Shown: one piece after another, positions 46,513 to 56,112 of the stretch | How the letters are laid out: every line of letters begins with the position of its first letter | Numbering within the stretch: position 1 is the first letter of the stretch | The notes under the pieces: model-generated | What the model was told of the DNA's origin: nothing | What the model saw: the letters and a program-made list of their open reading frames with translations, nothing else | Database searches by the model: none | Program-made: the position numbers and the translations under genes | Assembly: GCA_024278175.1 (NCBI GenBank) | Contig: JAJRTS010000003.1 | Coordinates: forward strand, 6,679 to 70,678 | Reading direction: 5' to 3' | Source of the DNA: Gemmatimonadales bacterium | GTDB taxonomy: Bacteria; Gemmatimonadota; Glassbacteria; GWA2-58-10 | DNA length: 64,000 bases

Positions 46513-48966
46513 ATGAGGCATGCTTTATCAACGTTAACCATTTGTCTGCTCGTTTTCGGCTCGGCTTCCGCCGAATACCAGCTCGTGGACCATCCCCGGA
46601 TGTTTATCACCAAAGAGACCCTGCCCCTGCTGGCCGAAAGGGCTTACGGGACCGGGACGCTGGCCGGCGACTACGCCCTGATGAAACAGGAAGCCGACTA
46701 CTTTGTCGGGCGCGGCGTGCTGAAAAAGCCGACCAGCCAGTGGCACCCGCCCTACGAACTCGTCAGCGCAGGGATCTGTTATCTCGTCGAGCGGGAGCGG
46801 GGTAACGCAAACGCGGCGGCCTATGCCCAGGCGGTAATAGATTACTGGAACCTGGATGACGGAAAGATTCTCTCCAACTTGGGCAACAAGCATTTCGGCT
46901 ACTATGCTTTGATATTTGATTGGATTTACGATGCGATGACTCAGGCGGAAAGAGAAAAGTTCGGCTTATACCTTGGAAGCTGGCTATACTGGTATACAAA
47001 CAAGCCGGAGATCACGCTGCGCTACGGCGACTGGCTTTACAATCAGACATGGGGGCCGGCCCATTTAAATGTTGGCAACACGCGCGACGGGATTACGCCC
47101 AAGCTGTTTGTCGCTTTGGCGCTCTCCGGCGCAGGCACCTCCAACGAAGATGCCAGCAAGCAGTTCCTCGACTCGTTCGACAGCCGGATCCCGGCCGAGT
47201 GTATTCCCCGGTTCGACATCATGGGCGGAGTGTGGTCCGAGAGCTACGGCCACGGCAGCTACGGGCCGACAAGGGTAATCCCCTGGGCGTTCGAGGCTTG
47301 GCGCACCGCCACGGGCCAGAACTGGTTCGAGCTTGGGGAACCGAACACCTACCTGAAGGAACTCAACAAATGGGCCGTGCATCTTAACGTGCCGTTCTCC
47401 AACCGCACCGCCTATATCGACGACAACCAGGGTGCGCCGTTTTTCAGCAGTTGGCTGCCCACAGCCCCTATTCTGGCAGCGCGTTACAACGATCCCGTGG
47501 CCGCCTGGTGCGCACAGCAATACGACCGCGGAACCTGGTCCACTCGCTGGCGCGTACTTCCCTGGCAGCGCCTGCTCAGCTTTGATCCGGATATCGAGCC
47601 TCAGTCTCCGGGGCAGGCGCTCTGGCCGGTTGCCAGGCTGTTTCGCGGCGCGGGGCACGTCTACATGCGCGGCCGCTGGGACGACCCCGACGCAACCTGG
47701 GCCTTTTTTGGCGCGGGACCTTGGCTGGCGGGGCACTCTCGCGACGACGAGGGGCATTTCATGATCGCCCGCAAAGGCTGGCTGGTCAGCCGTGCCGGCG
47801 GGATGGGGCACAACGACTGGGATTACTACTCCGGTGGATCGCTGGCGTTTAATATCGTCACGGTTTTCGATCCCGACGAGCAATACAGCCGGCTCTCGCC
47901 CAGTGAATCGGCCCTTGCCGACGGCGGGACCAAAAACGAGCGGGACGGCGGCACGATCCGTCACGTGTACGGCGCTAACGGCGGCAACTACGGCGCTGTT
48001 CTCGCCAGGGGGAAGATTACCGCGTTCAAGCACGACTGGCGCTACACTTACGCCGCGGCCGACATGACCAAAGGTTATCGCTCCATAAAAATCAAAGAGA
48101 TTACACGCCAGTTTCTCTACCTTCGCGGCGAGCAGGAATTCTTCATCATCTTCGATCGGGTGGACGCCAGGAACGAAAAATTTCCCAAAACATGGTTTCT
48201 GCACATCCCCACCGAACCCTCGGTCAGCGGCAGCGAAACCGAACTCACCGCCGACCACGTATACTCCTACAGCGATGGAAACTACAGCACCTGGCTCAGC
48301 GACCCGGCGGGTATCGATGATGTTCTTTCCAGCGGCAGATCCAGGGCCCACCTGACCACCCTGCTGCCGCGGGAATTCACGATCACCAAGCGCGGTGGCG
48401 CTGGATACCAGTTCTGGGGACATCCTCACGAACCGACCGCCCAGTACAACCATGCCAGCAAAAGAGCAGACGATCCCCCGGTTATCAACTGGCGGCTGGA
48501 AGTGGAGGCGGGCCAGCAAGTAAACCGCGATTATTTTCTGCACGTGCTCGAGGTGACGGACGAGGACGTAACCACCCCCTCTGAAGTCACCCTGTTAGAC
48601 CAGGGATCGGCCGTGACAGGCGTTCAAATCGTGCCCTCATCGGGGGGCGAACCGATTGAGGTCTATTTTTCGAGCGAGGGAGCGATGAGCGGCTCGATTA
48701 AATTCGGTAGCGCAGAGCCCGAGGCGCTACCCTCGGCAGTGGACACGACCCTTGAAATCGGCAGCAGGGGCGATATCGACGGCGACGGCCGGCTGTCAAT
48801 CGCCGACGCCGTGAACATGCTGCTTTTCGGCAGGCGCGACCCCGGGCGCAGTATCAGCGATTTCAACGGGGACGGTCAGTTTACGCTGGCGGACATAACA
48901 GACCTGCTCGGCTATCTTATCATGCGGGCGGATTATCCCACGCTGGCGGGAACGGGCAAAAACTAA
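46513..48966 (+). CDS. Secreted heparinase II/III-like lyase-fold protein with C-terminal dockerin-like module
   Basis: Signal peptide (ASA-E), DHPRMFIT, IFDWIYD, GGVWSESYGHGSY, VYMRGRWD, GHSRDDEGHF, FFIIFDRV, TWFLH. Tail GDIDGDGRLSIAD...DFNGDGQFTLAD. Confidence 0.78.
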   Translation: MRHALSTLTICLLVFGSASAEYQLVDHPRMFITKETLPLLAERAYGTGTLAGDYALMKQEADYFVGRGVLKKPTSQWHPPYELVSAGICYLVERERGNANAAAYAQAVIDYWNLDDGKILSNLGNKHFGYYALIFDWIYDAMTQAEREKFGLYLGSWLYWYTNKPEITLRYGDWLYNQTWGPAHLNVGNTRDGITPKLFVALALSGAGTSNEDASKQFLDSFDSRIPAECIPRFDIMGGVWSESYGHGSYGPTRVIPWAFEAWRTATGQNWFELGEPNTYLKELNKWAVHLNVPFSNRTAYIDDNQGAPFFSSWLPTAPILAARYNDPVAAWCAQQYDRGTWSTRWRVLPWQRLLSFDPDIEPQSPGQALWPVARLFRGAGHVYMRGRWDDPDATWAFFGAGPWLAGHSRDDEGHFMIARKGWLVSRAGGMGHNDWDYYSGGSLAFNIVTVFDPDEQYSRLSPSESALADGGTKNERDGGTIRHVYGANGGNYGAVLARGKITAFKHDWRYTYAAADMTKGYRSIKIKEITRQFLYLRGEQEFFIIFDRVDARNEKFPKTWFLHIPTEPSVSGSETELTADHVYSYSDGNYSTWLSDPAGIDDVLSSGRSRAHLTTLLPREFTITKRGGAGYQFWGHPHEPTAQYNHASKRADDPPVINWRLEVEAGQQVNRDYFLHVLEVTDEDVTTPSEVTLLDQGSAVTGVQIVPSSGGEPIEVYFSSEGAMSGSIKFGSAEPEALPSAVDTTLEIGSRGDIDGDGRLSIADAVNMLLFGRRDPGRSISDFNGDGQFTLADITDLLGYLIMRADYPTLAGTGKN

Positions 48967-49006
48967 ACTGGCCCGTACTTAAAGGATTACAAACGCAGGA
49001 GCAAGA

Positions 49007-49045
49007 AAAGCCCGACAGGCGGCATCGAGCCGTCGGTCGGGCTTT
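49007..49045. terminator. Terminator-like hairpin between convergent genes
   Basis: aaagcccgac-aggcggc-atcga-gccgtcg-gtcgggcttt. Confidence 0.65.
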
Positions 49046-49099
49046 ATGTGCATCATCAGGGTAATCATCTTGAATCGATTGAGAAAAAGTCCGAGGCAG

Positions 49100-49184
49100 C
49101 GCGGGCCGGCACGTTCATTGCCCGTTCCACCGTCCGGACATTCACTCCGCCCGCGGCGATTCGCAATGAACGTGCCGGCCCGCG
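49100..49184. repeat. Perfect 22-bp inverted repeat with 41-nt spacer
   Basis: cgcgggccggcacgttcattgc (49100-49121) and gcaatgaacgtgccggcccgcg (49163-49184). Confidence 0.85.
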
Positions 49185-49200
49185 TCCTTACCCGTTTTTA

Positions 49201-49359
49201 TCAATGAAACAACACATGGTAGATTACGTAGAGCCAGCTCAGGAACCCGTGGACAATAGCCCAGAGCACGCTGTGGTTGTAGCTCCAGCTGATCGCAATG
49301 GCCAGGGCGGTGCCGAACGTGATTCCGCTCCTGACGATTTCAGTCCTGGTGCGACTCAT
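49201..49359 (-). CDS. Small two-TM membrane protein (52 aa), below the ORF-track cutoff
   Basis: Manual translation MSRTRTEIVRSGITFGTALAIAISWSYNHSVLWAIVHGFLSWLYVIYHVLFH*. Overlaps the thyX 3' end; host-like codon usage; tandem stops TGA TAA. Confidence 0.75.
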   Translation of the reverse strand: MSRTRTEIVRSGITFGTALAIAISWSYNHSVLWAIVHGFLSWLYVIYHVLFH

Positions 49360-50185
49360 CTTCAATCCCCATCTTGACAAAGAACTCGGCGCGAAGGCGG
49401 CCCTCCAGCGGGCACGGACCGCCGCCGATCATCGCCTTGAGCGCCTCGATTTCCGCGCGGCTGAAATTGGCCCCGTGCAGCAGGTGTTCCTCGAACGACT
49501 CGTAGGCCCACGGCGCCACGGCCCTGGCGATAGTGGCCAGCGCGTCGGCGTACTGCCGGATTTCCCACTGGGCGTGAGAGTCCATCCGGAGTTTGAGGAA
49601 ATGGAACAGGTTGTGCAGGTCGATCTGCCAGTACCACTGGGTGTAGAGATTGAGCGGCAGGTTGATCCGGGCCAGCTCGCGCGAGACGCCGTCGTCCAGC
49701 ATGGAGCGGTAGCTGGCGAACGCGTCACCGCTCTCGCCCCGGATCAGGGAGATTACTTTCTGCTGAAGGCCAGCCGGGACTTCCTCATCGCTGGAACCCT
49801 GGACGTTGACACTGTCCTGCTTGCGGATGCGTTGGGGCGAGGGAATGTAGAACTCGTCGAGCATCTCGCTGTAGCGGCCCGAGAGTTCGTTGAGCCGGGC
49901 GGTGCGGTGACGGATCCACTGGCGGGCGACAAATATTGGCAGCTTGGCGTGGACAGTGATTATCACCTGCTCGAACGGCGAGGTATGAAGGTGGCGCATC
50001 AGGTAGTCGATCAGGATTTTATCGCGATTAACCGTAGTGGTGCCCTCGCCGTAGGATACGCGTGCCGACTGCACTATGCGGGCGTCACCGCCCATATAGT
50101 CCACCAGCCGGACGAAACCCTTGTCCAGCACGGGGATTTCCTGATCGAGCAGTTTTTCCGCTTCGGGGGAGGTAAGACGGGCCAT
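49340..50185 (-). CDS. thyX: Flavin-dependent thymidylate synthase
   Basis: ARVSY, HTSPFEQ, ThyX motif RHRTARLNELSGRY, RELARINLP, LRMDSHAQWEIR; GGAGGA RBS. Confidence 0.96.
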   Translation of the reverse strand: MARLTSPEAEKLLDQEIPVLDKGFVRLVDYMGGDARIVQSARVSYGEGTTTVNRDKILIDYLMRHLHTSPFEQVIITVHAKLPIFVARQWIRHRTARLNELSGRYSEMLDEFYIPSPQRIRKQDSVNVQGSSDEEVPAGLQQKVISLIRGESGDAFASYRSMLDDGVSRELARINLPLNLYTQWYWQIDLHNLFHFLKLRMDSHAQWEIRQYADALATIARAVAPWAYESFEEHLLHGANFSRAEIEALKAMIGGGPCPLEGRLRAEFFVKMGIEDESHQD

Positions 50186-50308
50186 GTATGTTCCTCCAAC
50201 AATATGCAAAGGTATCTCTACAATATCCGATTCGTGCGATCTGTTAGCTGAACATAAGCCCGGAAAATGTGACATACAAGGGAAAAATCCGGAGAGATTA
50301 GCGGCAGG

Positions 50309-51499
50309 TTAAAAATACCAGCTCGTTGTCACGAAAAACGAATTCTTGGCCAGGCTGAACTCCCCCCGGTCGTTGGAGAGCATCGCGCCGAAATCGATGT
50401 CCAGGTCCTGGCGCGCGTTCCAGCTCAGGCGCGGCCCGAAAAACACTCCCCCCGCATCCGGGTCCACGCTCAGATAGCCGGCCAGATGCAACAGCGGGTG
50501 GAACTGGTAGTCCAGGTAGCCGCCGGCAAGGTGACGGCTGGTTGTCAGCACTCCCCCGGCGTTCGAGCGGTCCAGGGCGCCCAGCAATTCCAACTCGCTT
50601 AATGCGCCCGTGTTGTAAAGGTACTCGGCCGTAACGAGCATTTTCATGCTCAAGCGGTAGTCTACCCCCAGCACGAGCTGGTCGTAATCGTCGCCGATGC
50701 CGCTAAAACTGTGCAGCCACTCGCCCCTGAACCCAGCCACGCCGATCTGGCCGCTGAAATCAGCCCCGAGCACGTTGTCCCGGAAAAAGCGCCCGGCCAT
50801 CAGCGAAAAGTCGTAACCGGCAACATTGGTGGTGAATTTCAGCGCTCCGCGGTTCCGATCCGGATCGCGCGCCTGCGCCCAGACAGCCTGCAACTGGCTC
50901 AGATCTCCCAGGGCGATCTCCACACTGGCGGCGTCCGTGCCGAAAAGTTCCCCCGGCTCCACGAGCGCGAACGTCACCGGGTTGAACAGGTCGGTGGGCT
51001 TCCAGAAATAACCCGTGCCCCAGCTTATCTGCTGACGGCCCAGCGTAAACCTTACCGGGTAGGAGTCGTACTCGGCGTAGGCCCGGTAAAGCCTGTGCCG
51101 CCAGAGGAATTCCCCGCGAGAGTAAATCCGGCTGTCCAGATTGACCAGCTCCACCGGCGCGTAAGAGCCGAAAGTGCGGTACTCAGCCGTGGAAAGATAG
51201 TTGCCGAAACGCGCCTCGTGATCGTACACCACGCTGAATTTCCAGACCCTGTCGGCTGTAAACAGCCAATCCGTGCGCACTCGCTGGATATCCAGATTAT
51301 AGCTTTCTTCCGCCGCCAGCGGCCCCAGCCCGATTGTGCTGCCTGTGGAAAAAATATTGCGCAGTTGGCCCCGGTGACGGACACTGAGGTGCTCGCCGCG
51401 GTAGATTGTGCCCGCGCTCAGAATACCAGGCGCCATCATAATTACCCAAATCAATACGGTAAAAAACTTAGACCGTTGCATGGTTCCCGTTTCCGTCAT
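50309..51499 (-). CDS. Probable outer-membrane beta-barrel protein (DUF1302-like)
   Basis: Signal peptide, LYRAYAEY, GRQQISWGTGYFWKPTD, amphipathic strands and terminal WYF. Confidence 0.75.
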   Translation of the reverse strand: MTETGTMQRSKFFTVLIWVIMMAPGILSAGTIYRGEHLSVRHRGQLRNIFSTGSTIGLGPLAAEESYNLDIQRVRTDWLFTADRVWKFSVVYDHEARFGNYLSTAEYRTFGSYAPVELVNLDSRIYSRGEFLWRHRLYRAYAEYDSYPVRFTLGRQQISWGTGYFWKPTDLFNPVTFALVEPGELFGTDAASVEIALGDLSQLQAVWAQARDPDRNRGALKFTTNVAGYDFSLMAGRFFRDNVLGADFSGQIGVAGFRGEWLHSFSGIGDDYDQLVLGVDYRLSMKMLVTAEYLYNTGALSELELLGALDRSNAGGVLTTSRHLAGGYLDYQFHPLLHLAGYLSVDPDAGGVFFGPRLSWNARQDLDIDFGAMLSNDRGEFSLAKNSFFVTTSWYF

Positions 51500-52178
51500 C
51501 GACCACCAAGCCGTCGCGAAGGCGCACCACGCGATGGGCGCGCTCCACTACCCGTGGATCGTGGGTGGAAAAAAGGAATGTGATCCCGCGCTGACGGTTA
51601 AGCTCCTCCATCATGCCCAGCAACTGCCCGGCGGACCCGCTGTCCAGGTTGGCGGTGGGCTCATCGGCAAGCACAAGCCGGGGGTTGGTGCTGATCGCCC
51701 GGGCCACGGCCACCCGCTGCTGCTGGCCACCGGAGAGGCGTGTGGGACGACGGTCGGCCATGCCGGCCAGCCCGACGGCACCCAGCAGTTCCAGGGCTTT
51801 CCTGCGGCGCTCGGCCGCCGGCACGTTTCGCAACATCAACACGTATTCCACGTTCTCCGCGGCGCTGAGCACCGGGAACAGGTTGTAGGCCTGGAACACG
51901 AATCCGATGTTGTTCAGCCGCACTTTTGACAGCTCCTTCTCGCTGGCCAGGTCCAATCGGGTCCCATCGAGCGTGATCCGCCCCTGCGTAGGACGGTCCA
52001 GGCCGCCGAGCAGGTTGAGCAGGGTGGTTTTTCCGCAGCCGGAGGGCCCCACCACGGAAACGAATTCGCCCTGGCCCAGAGAAAGGTCCACGCCCCTGAG
52101 CGCCGGGGTTTGCACTTCTCCGCTAAGATAGATTTTCTTCAACCCGTGCGCCTCAAGGACCAACTCGTCGGCTAACAT
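51468..52178 (-). CDS. ABC transporter ATP-binding protein (LolD/MacB-like)
   Basis: GPSGCGKTT, IGFVFQAYNL, LSGGQQQRVAVARA, LADEPTANLD, STHD. Confidence 0.93.
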   Translation of the reverse strand: MLADELVLEAHGLKKIYLSGEVQTPALRGVDLSLGQGEFVSVVGPSGCGKTTLLNLLGGLDRPTQGRITLDGTRLDLASEKELSKVRLNNIGFVFQAYNLFPVLSAAENVEYVLMLRNVPAAERRRKALELLGAVGLAGMADRRPTRLSGGQQQRVAVARAISTNPRLVLADEPTANLDSGSAGQLLGMMEELNRQRGITFLFSTHDPRVVERAHRVVRLRDGLVVDDGNGNHATV

Positions 52179-52202
52179 ATTTCCTCCGTTACGTGAAAAA
52201 AA

Positions 52203-53438
52203 TCACTCGAATTGAATCGCCCGCACAGGTTCTATTCCGGCCGAACGCCATGCCGGCCAGATCGAGCTGACAATCACGGCCGCCTCCGCCGAAAGGAACG
52301 AGACCAGCCATTCCAGCGGCTCGATACGCGGATAGATCACGCTGCCCAGCCCCATGAACTCCATTCCGTCGGCCCAGCGGCCCAGGTCGAGACCGTTGGC
52401 CGCCAGGTAGCCGTTGAGCAGCCAGGCCGCTCCCCCACCCACGATTATGCCGGCCACTCCCAGCAGGGCGGCCTCCAGCAGCACCATTGTCATCACCTGT
52501 CCCGGGGTTGTGCCGATAGCCCGCATCACGCCCAGCTCCCGCGTGCGGTCGAGCACGACCATCAGCATGATATTGACCACCCCGAACGCCATCGCCAGAT
52601 AAATAATCAGGTAGAACACCCAGACAAAAAAGTCGAACATCTCGATCGACTGGGCCAGCAGCGGACTGACCTCTTTCCACTCAAACACTTCCAGAGCACT
52701 TCCCTCACCCGTCACCAGCGAATCTATCCCCGCCACAATCGGTTCAAGGCTCTTCTCGCGTTCGGCCCGGACCAGAATCGCCGTTAGTTGCAGCGGACGG
52801 CCCAGCAACTTCCGCATGGAGCGCAGAGTGATAAACGCGGCCGTTTTCTCCCAGAGCGGCGAGTTGGTCTCGAAAATCCCCCCCACGCGGAACAGGCGGC
52901 TTTGCAGTTCGTTTTCGCTGTCCTGAGTCATCACCACCAGCTTGTCTCCCAACCCGACCCCCAGGTGCTCCGCCAGCTTACGGCCGATCACGATCTTGCC
53001 GTCCTGTCCGGGACCGAGGTATTCGCCCTGGGCGATCATGTTCCGGATCGAGGTAACCCGGCCCTCCCGCTCCGGATCGATTCCCACCAGGTCCACCCGG
53101 TTTGATTTCTCCGCGCTGTTGACCAGCACGGCCGCGCTCAGCCGTCCGGCCGCCGCACGCACACCATGTACGCTCTCGATCCGCTCCATAAGCGAGTTGG
53201 CTGGCGTGAACGAGTTGGACTGCACCGGATGCTGGTAATAGCCCCGGCGCGTCACCTGCACGTGCCCCAGCTCCAGCTCGATGGAGACCTCCACCAACTG
53301 GTTGATAAACCCGTTCGAGATTCCGTAGTAAACCAGCAGGCCGAACAGCCCCACGCCGATCCCGCCGATCATGATCAGCGAGCGCGAATAGTTGCGCCAC
53401 AGGTTGCGCCATGCAATCCGGATAAAAATCCCCATCAT
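52203..53438 (-). CDS. ABC transporter permease (FtsX/LolC-E family)
   Basis: AWRNLWRN...RS, GHVQV, GIDPERE, DRTRELGVMRAIG, WPAWRSAGIEPVRAI. Confidence 0.9.
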   Translation of the reverse strand: MMGIFIRIAWRNLWRNYSRSLIMIGGIGVGLFGLLVYYGISNGFINQLVEVSIELELGHVQVTRRGYYQHPVQSNSFTPANSLMERIESVHGVRAAAGRLSAAVLVNSAEKSNRVDLVGIDPEREGRVTSIRNMIAQGEYLGPGQDGKIVIGRKLAEHLGVGLGDKLVVMTQDSENELQSRLFRVGGIFETNSPLWEKTAAFITLRSMRKLLGRPLQLTAILVRAEREKSLEPIVAGIDSLVTGEGSALEVFEWKEVSPLLAQSIEMFDFFVWVFYLIIYLAMAFGVVNIMLMVVLDRTRELGVMRAIGTTPGQVMTMVLLEAALLGVAGIIVGGGAAWLLNGYLAANGLDLGRWADGMEFMGLGSVIYPRIEPLEWLVSFLSAEAAVIVSSIWPAWRSAGIEPVRAIQFE

Positions 53439-53455
53439 CGCTCCATCCACAGTGC

Positions 53456-54691
53456 TCAGTGCCTGCGCGAAACCGCCTCGGCCGGACTGATCCGGGCCGC
53501 GCGCCATGCCGGATAGATCAGCGCCAGCAGGATCACGACCGCCACGAAAAGGTTGGGATAAACAAGCGTTTGCCAGGTCAGCCTGGTGTATATCCGTGGG
53601 TCCATACCGTAAAATTTAGAGAGCTCATCACCACCCATCTCGCTGAAATCCAACGGGTGGACGCTGTTGTACACTGAGGCCCCGATACCCACGATATTGG
53701 CCAGCACGAACCCCAGGCCCACCAGCAGGGCGGCCTCGACCACGATCAGCCCGACAACACGGCCAGGGCTGGCTCCCAGGCTGCGCATGATGCCGAACTC
53801 CCTGATCCGCTCCATCACGCTCATCAGGAACGTATTGAGCACGGTGAACCCGATCACCAGCAGCAGGATCAGGTTGGTCAGGATGCCGAACACGTTGTCG
53901 AGCTCCACGGCCTGGACGATATCCGGCATGATTCTGCGCCAGCCGATAACCTCCAGGCCGCCGGCGCCCAGCCTGTTATCCAGTTCGGAGATAAGCTGCG
54001 GGACCTGCTCGCTGCCGGTGGCCATCACTACCGCCGTATTGGCCATCCCCTGCATCGAGAGCATCTCCCGCGCCGAGGCGAGGCTGATCAGCAGCCCGCC
54101 CCTGTCCAGTTCCCGGGCGTGGCTGCGGACCGTGCCGCGCACTACCCTGAGCGCCCCGCAGAGCGAACCGTAGTAGTCCTGGGTGACGATTATCACCGTG
54201 TCGCCGATCCCGATGCCCAGGTTTTCCGCCAGATCGGCCCCCACCAGCGCCCCGTTTATGTCACCGGGATGAAGGTATCTGCCTTGCTCGATCTTCCGGT
54301 CCCAGTGGATGAACTCCTGCTCACGCTCCGGTTGTATTCCCACTATCATCGCCGCAAACGAGGTCTCGCCCACACTGGCCAGACCGAACGTGCTGATCCG
54401 AAAGCTATAGTTTGCCAGGCCGGGTACGCCGCCCTCAAGCTCCGGCACGAACTGGCTGTCGGGGTAAAACACCTTGCGCAGACTTGGGTCGTCGTGGAAC
54501 CCCTTGCGGTGCACCTGCACGTGGCCGGTGAACGACTCCACGGAGTTGCGGATAATCTGTTCGTGGCTGCCCTCGGTAAAGCAGAAACCCCAGATAGTGA
54601 TACTCAGGCCGAACACCACCGCCGCCGCGGTGAGCCCGCTGCGCCAGCGATGCCGCCAGTTATTGCGCCAGGCCAGCTTGAACAGAATCAT
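53456..54691 (-). CDS. ABC transporter permease (FtsX/LolC-E family)
   Basis: LAWRNNWRHRWRS, GHVQV, MERIREFGIMRSLG, YPAWRAARISPAEA. Confidence 0.9.
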   Translation of the reverse strand: MILFKLAWRNNWRHRWRSGLTAAAVVFGLSITIWGFCFTEGSHEQIIRNSVESFTGHVQVHRKGFHDDPSLRKVFYPDSQFVPELEGGVPGLANYSFRISTFGLASVGETSFAAMIVGIQPEREQEFIHWDRKIEQGRYLHPGDINGALVGADLAENLGIGIGDTVIIVTQDYYGSLCGALRVVRGTVRSHARELDRGGLLISLASAREMLSMQGMANTAVVMATGSEQVPQLISELDNRLGAGGLEVIGWRRIMPDIVQAVELDNVFGILTNLILLLVIGFTVLNTFLMSVMERIREFGIMRSLGASPGRVVGLIVVEAALLVGLGFVLANIVGIGASVYNSVHPLDFSEMGGDELSKFYGMDPRIYTRLTWQTLVYPNLFVAVVILLALIYPAWRAARISPAEAVSRRH

Positions 54692-54701
54692 CGCAGCTCC
54701 C

Positions 54702-55481
54702 CTACCTCGACCGTTCGAGATGCTGGCGGGTGAAATAGCGGTCCGGAATCGTAACGTCGAAATCCACGTCCAGAATCTCCAGCACGGTCCTGTTTCCCTC
54801 TTTCTTCAGGTGCGGCTCCAGGACCCATCTGGTGGGAATCCGGCGGCCGTCCATCGTTTTGATTTCCTCGTAGGACATCGTCCGCACCTTGCGGCCCTTC
54901 TCGTCGAAATACTCATCCCTCATCAGCATGAAATCGCCCTGACGCACCCAGAACTCGATCCGGTCCCAGACCACCGGCGCGTCCTCGTGGGGGATCAGCC
55001 GCACATGCCAGGCAGCTACACCGTCAAGAGTATCCGCACCGACCAGCTCGTGGCCGTAATCATCCAGCAGCGAGCTCTCGTTGAGCAGATCGTCGTTGGT
55101 CAGGTCGGAGCCCATCCACGAGTCCATCATCATCGACGGCGGAATCTTGACCGTGCGCTCTATGTTCGGCAGAAACGTCCACATCTGGCCATCGCGCTTA
55201 AGATATGCCGTGCCCAGATCGCGCGGCGGATCGGTGACCTCCATGTAGCTCAGTTTCTTGCCCCGCTCCCAGGAGTCCATCGTGATAGAGCGGGTCCATT
55301 CGGGCCGCACGATTGTCATCCGGTAGGTGGAGCTGTTCGAGGAGCCGCGCATCAGGGTGTCCGCATGCTCGGCGATCCTGCGGGCCAGGGTGCTGTCCGG
55401 CTCGCGGGCCTCGACAACCGGGACGGATATCAACACTGCCAACAGACACAATAAAAAAACCGGGGCCGGTATTGATTTCAC
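54702..55481 (-). CDS. LolA-like outer membrane lipoprotein-sorting protein
   Basis: Signal peptide; PPRDLGTAYLK, MWTFLPNIERTVKIPPSMMMDSWMGSDLTNDDL, FTRQHLER. Confidence 0.85.
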   Translation of the reverse strand: MKSIPAPVFLLCLLAVLISVPVVEAREPDSTLARRIAEHADTLMRGSSNSSTYRMTIVRPEWTRSITMDSWERGKKLSYMEVTDPPRDLGTAYLKRDGQMWTFLPNIERTVKIPPSMMMDSWMGSDLTNDDLLNESSLLDDYGHELVGADTLDGVAAWHVRLIPHEDAPVVWDRIEFWVRQGDFMLMRDEYFDEKGRKVRTMSYEEIKTMDGRRIPTRWVLEPHLKKEGNRTVLEILDVDFDVTIPDRYFTRQHLERSR

Positions 55482-55504
55482 TTCGTTTTCCTTTTTCCCA
55501 CGGT

Positions 55505-56101
55505 TCAGAGATCGAACATTTCATATAGAGTTTGCTTGAGAGCTTCTCGCCTGGTCCGGCTTGTGCTGAATTCGGCCGGCTCCATTTCCATGATCCGGTA
55601 AAACCATAGCCCATCAAGTAATACGGCCAGCAGATAACACTGTTCTTTAAGTTCCGCGCGCCCCAGCCTGGTAAACAACGCCTCGATAATGCCGAAGTAC
55701 TCGGCCATGTACCTGTCCATCCGGGACCGCACCAGCTCCATCAGCGAGGGATCCATCACGGCCCGGTAGATGAACATGATCTCATCGTTGAGCGAGGTCT
55801 GATTCACGGCGAACCCGATCATGGCGCGCAGGGCAATCCGTGGATCATCGATTGCACTGAAGCGGCTGAATTCCTCGGAGAACAGTTTTGTAAAAAAGAG
55901 GTCGAATACCTGCAGGTAGAGCTCGTCCTTACCCTTGAAATACATATAGAGGCTGCCCTTGGCCATGCCCGCCCGGGCGGCGATATCCTCGATCCGGATT
56001 GCCGCGTAGCTGCGGGTCCTGAATAAATCAACCGCCGCCTGCCGCAGCCGCTCCATGCTCTGCTCGCGCCGCTGCGCGTGCCGTCCTTCCGGTGATGCCA
56101 A
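55505..56101 (-). CDS. TetR/AcrR-family transcriptional regulator
   Basis: AAVDLF...IEDIAARAGMAKGSLYMYFKGKDELY HTH. Confidence 0.93.
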   Translation of the reverse strand: MASPEGRHAQRREQSMERLRQAAVDLFRTRSYAAIRIEDIAARAGMAKGSLYMYFKGKDELYLQVFDLFFTKLFSEEFSRFSAIDDPRIALRAMIGFAVNQTSLNDEIMFIYRAVMDPSLMELVRSRMDRYMAEYFGIIEALFTRLGRAELKEQCYLLAVLLDGLWFYRIMEMEPAEFSTSRTRREALKQTLYEMFDL

Positions 56102-56112
56102 TTTTCCCCCCC

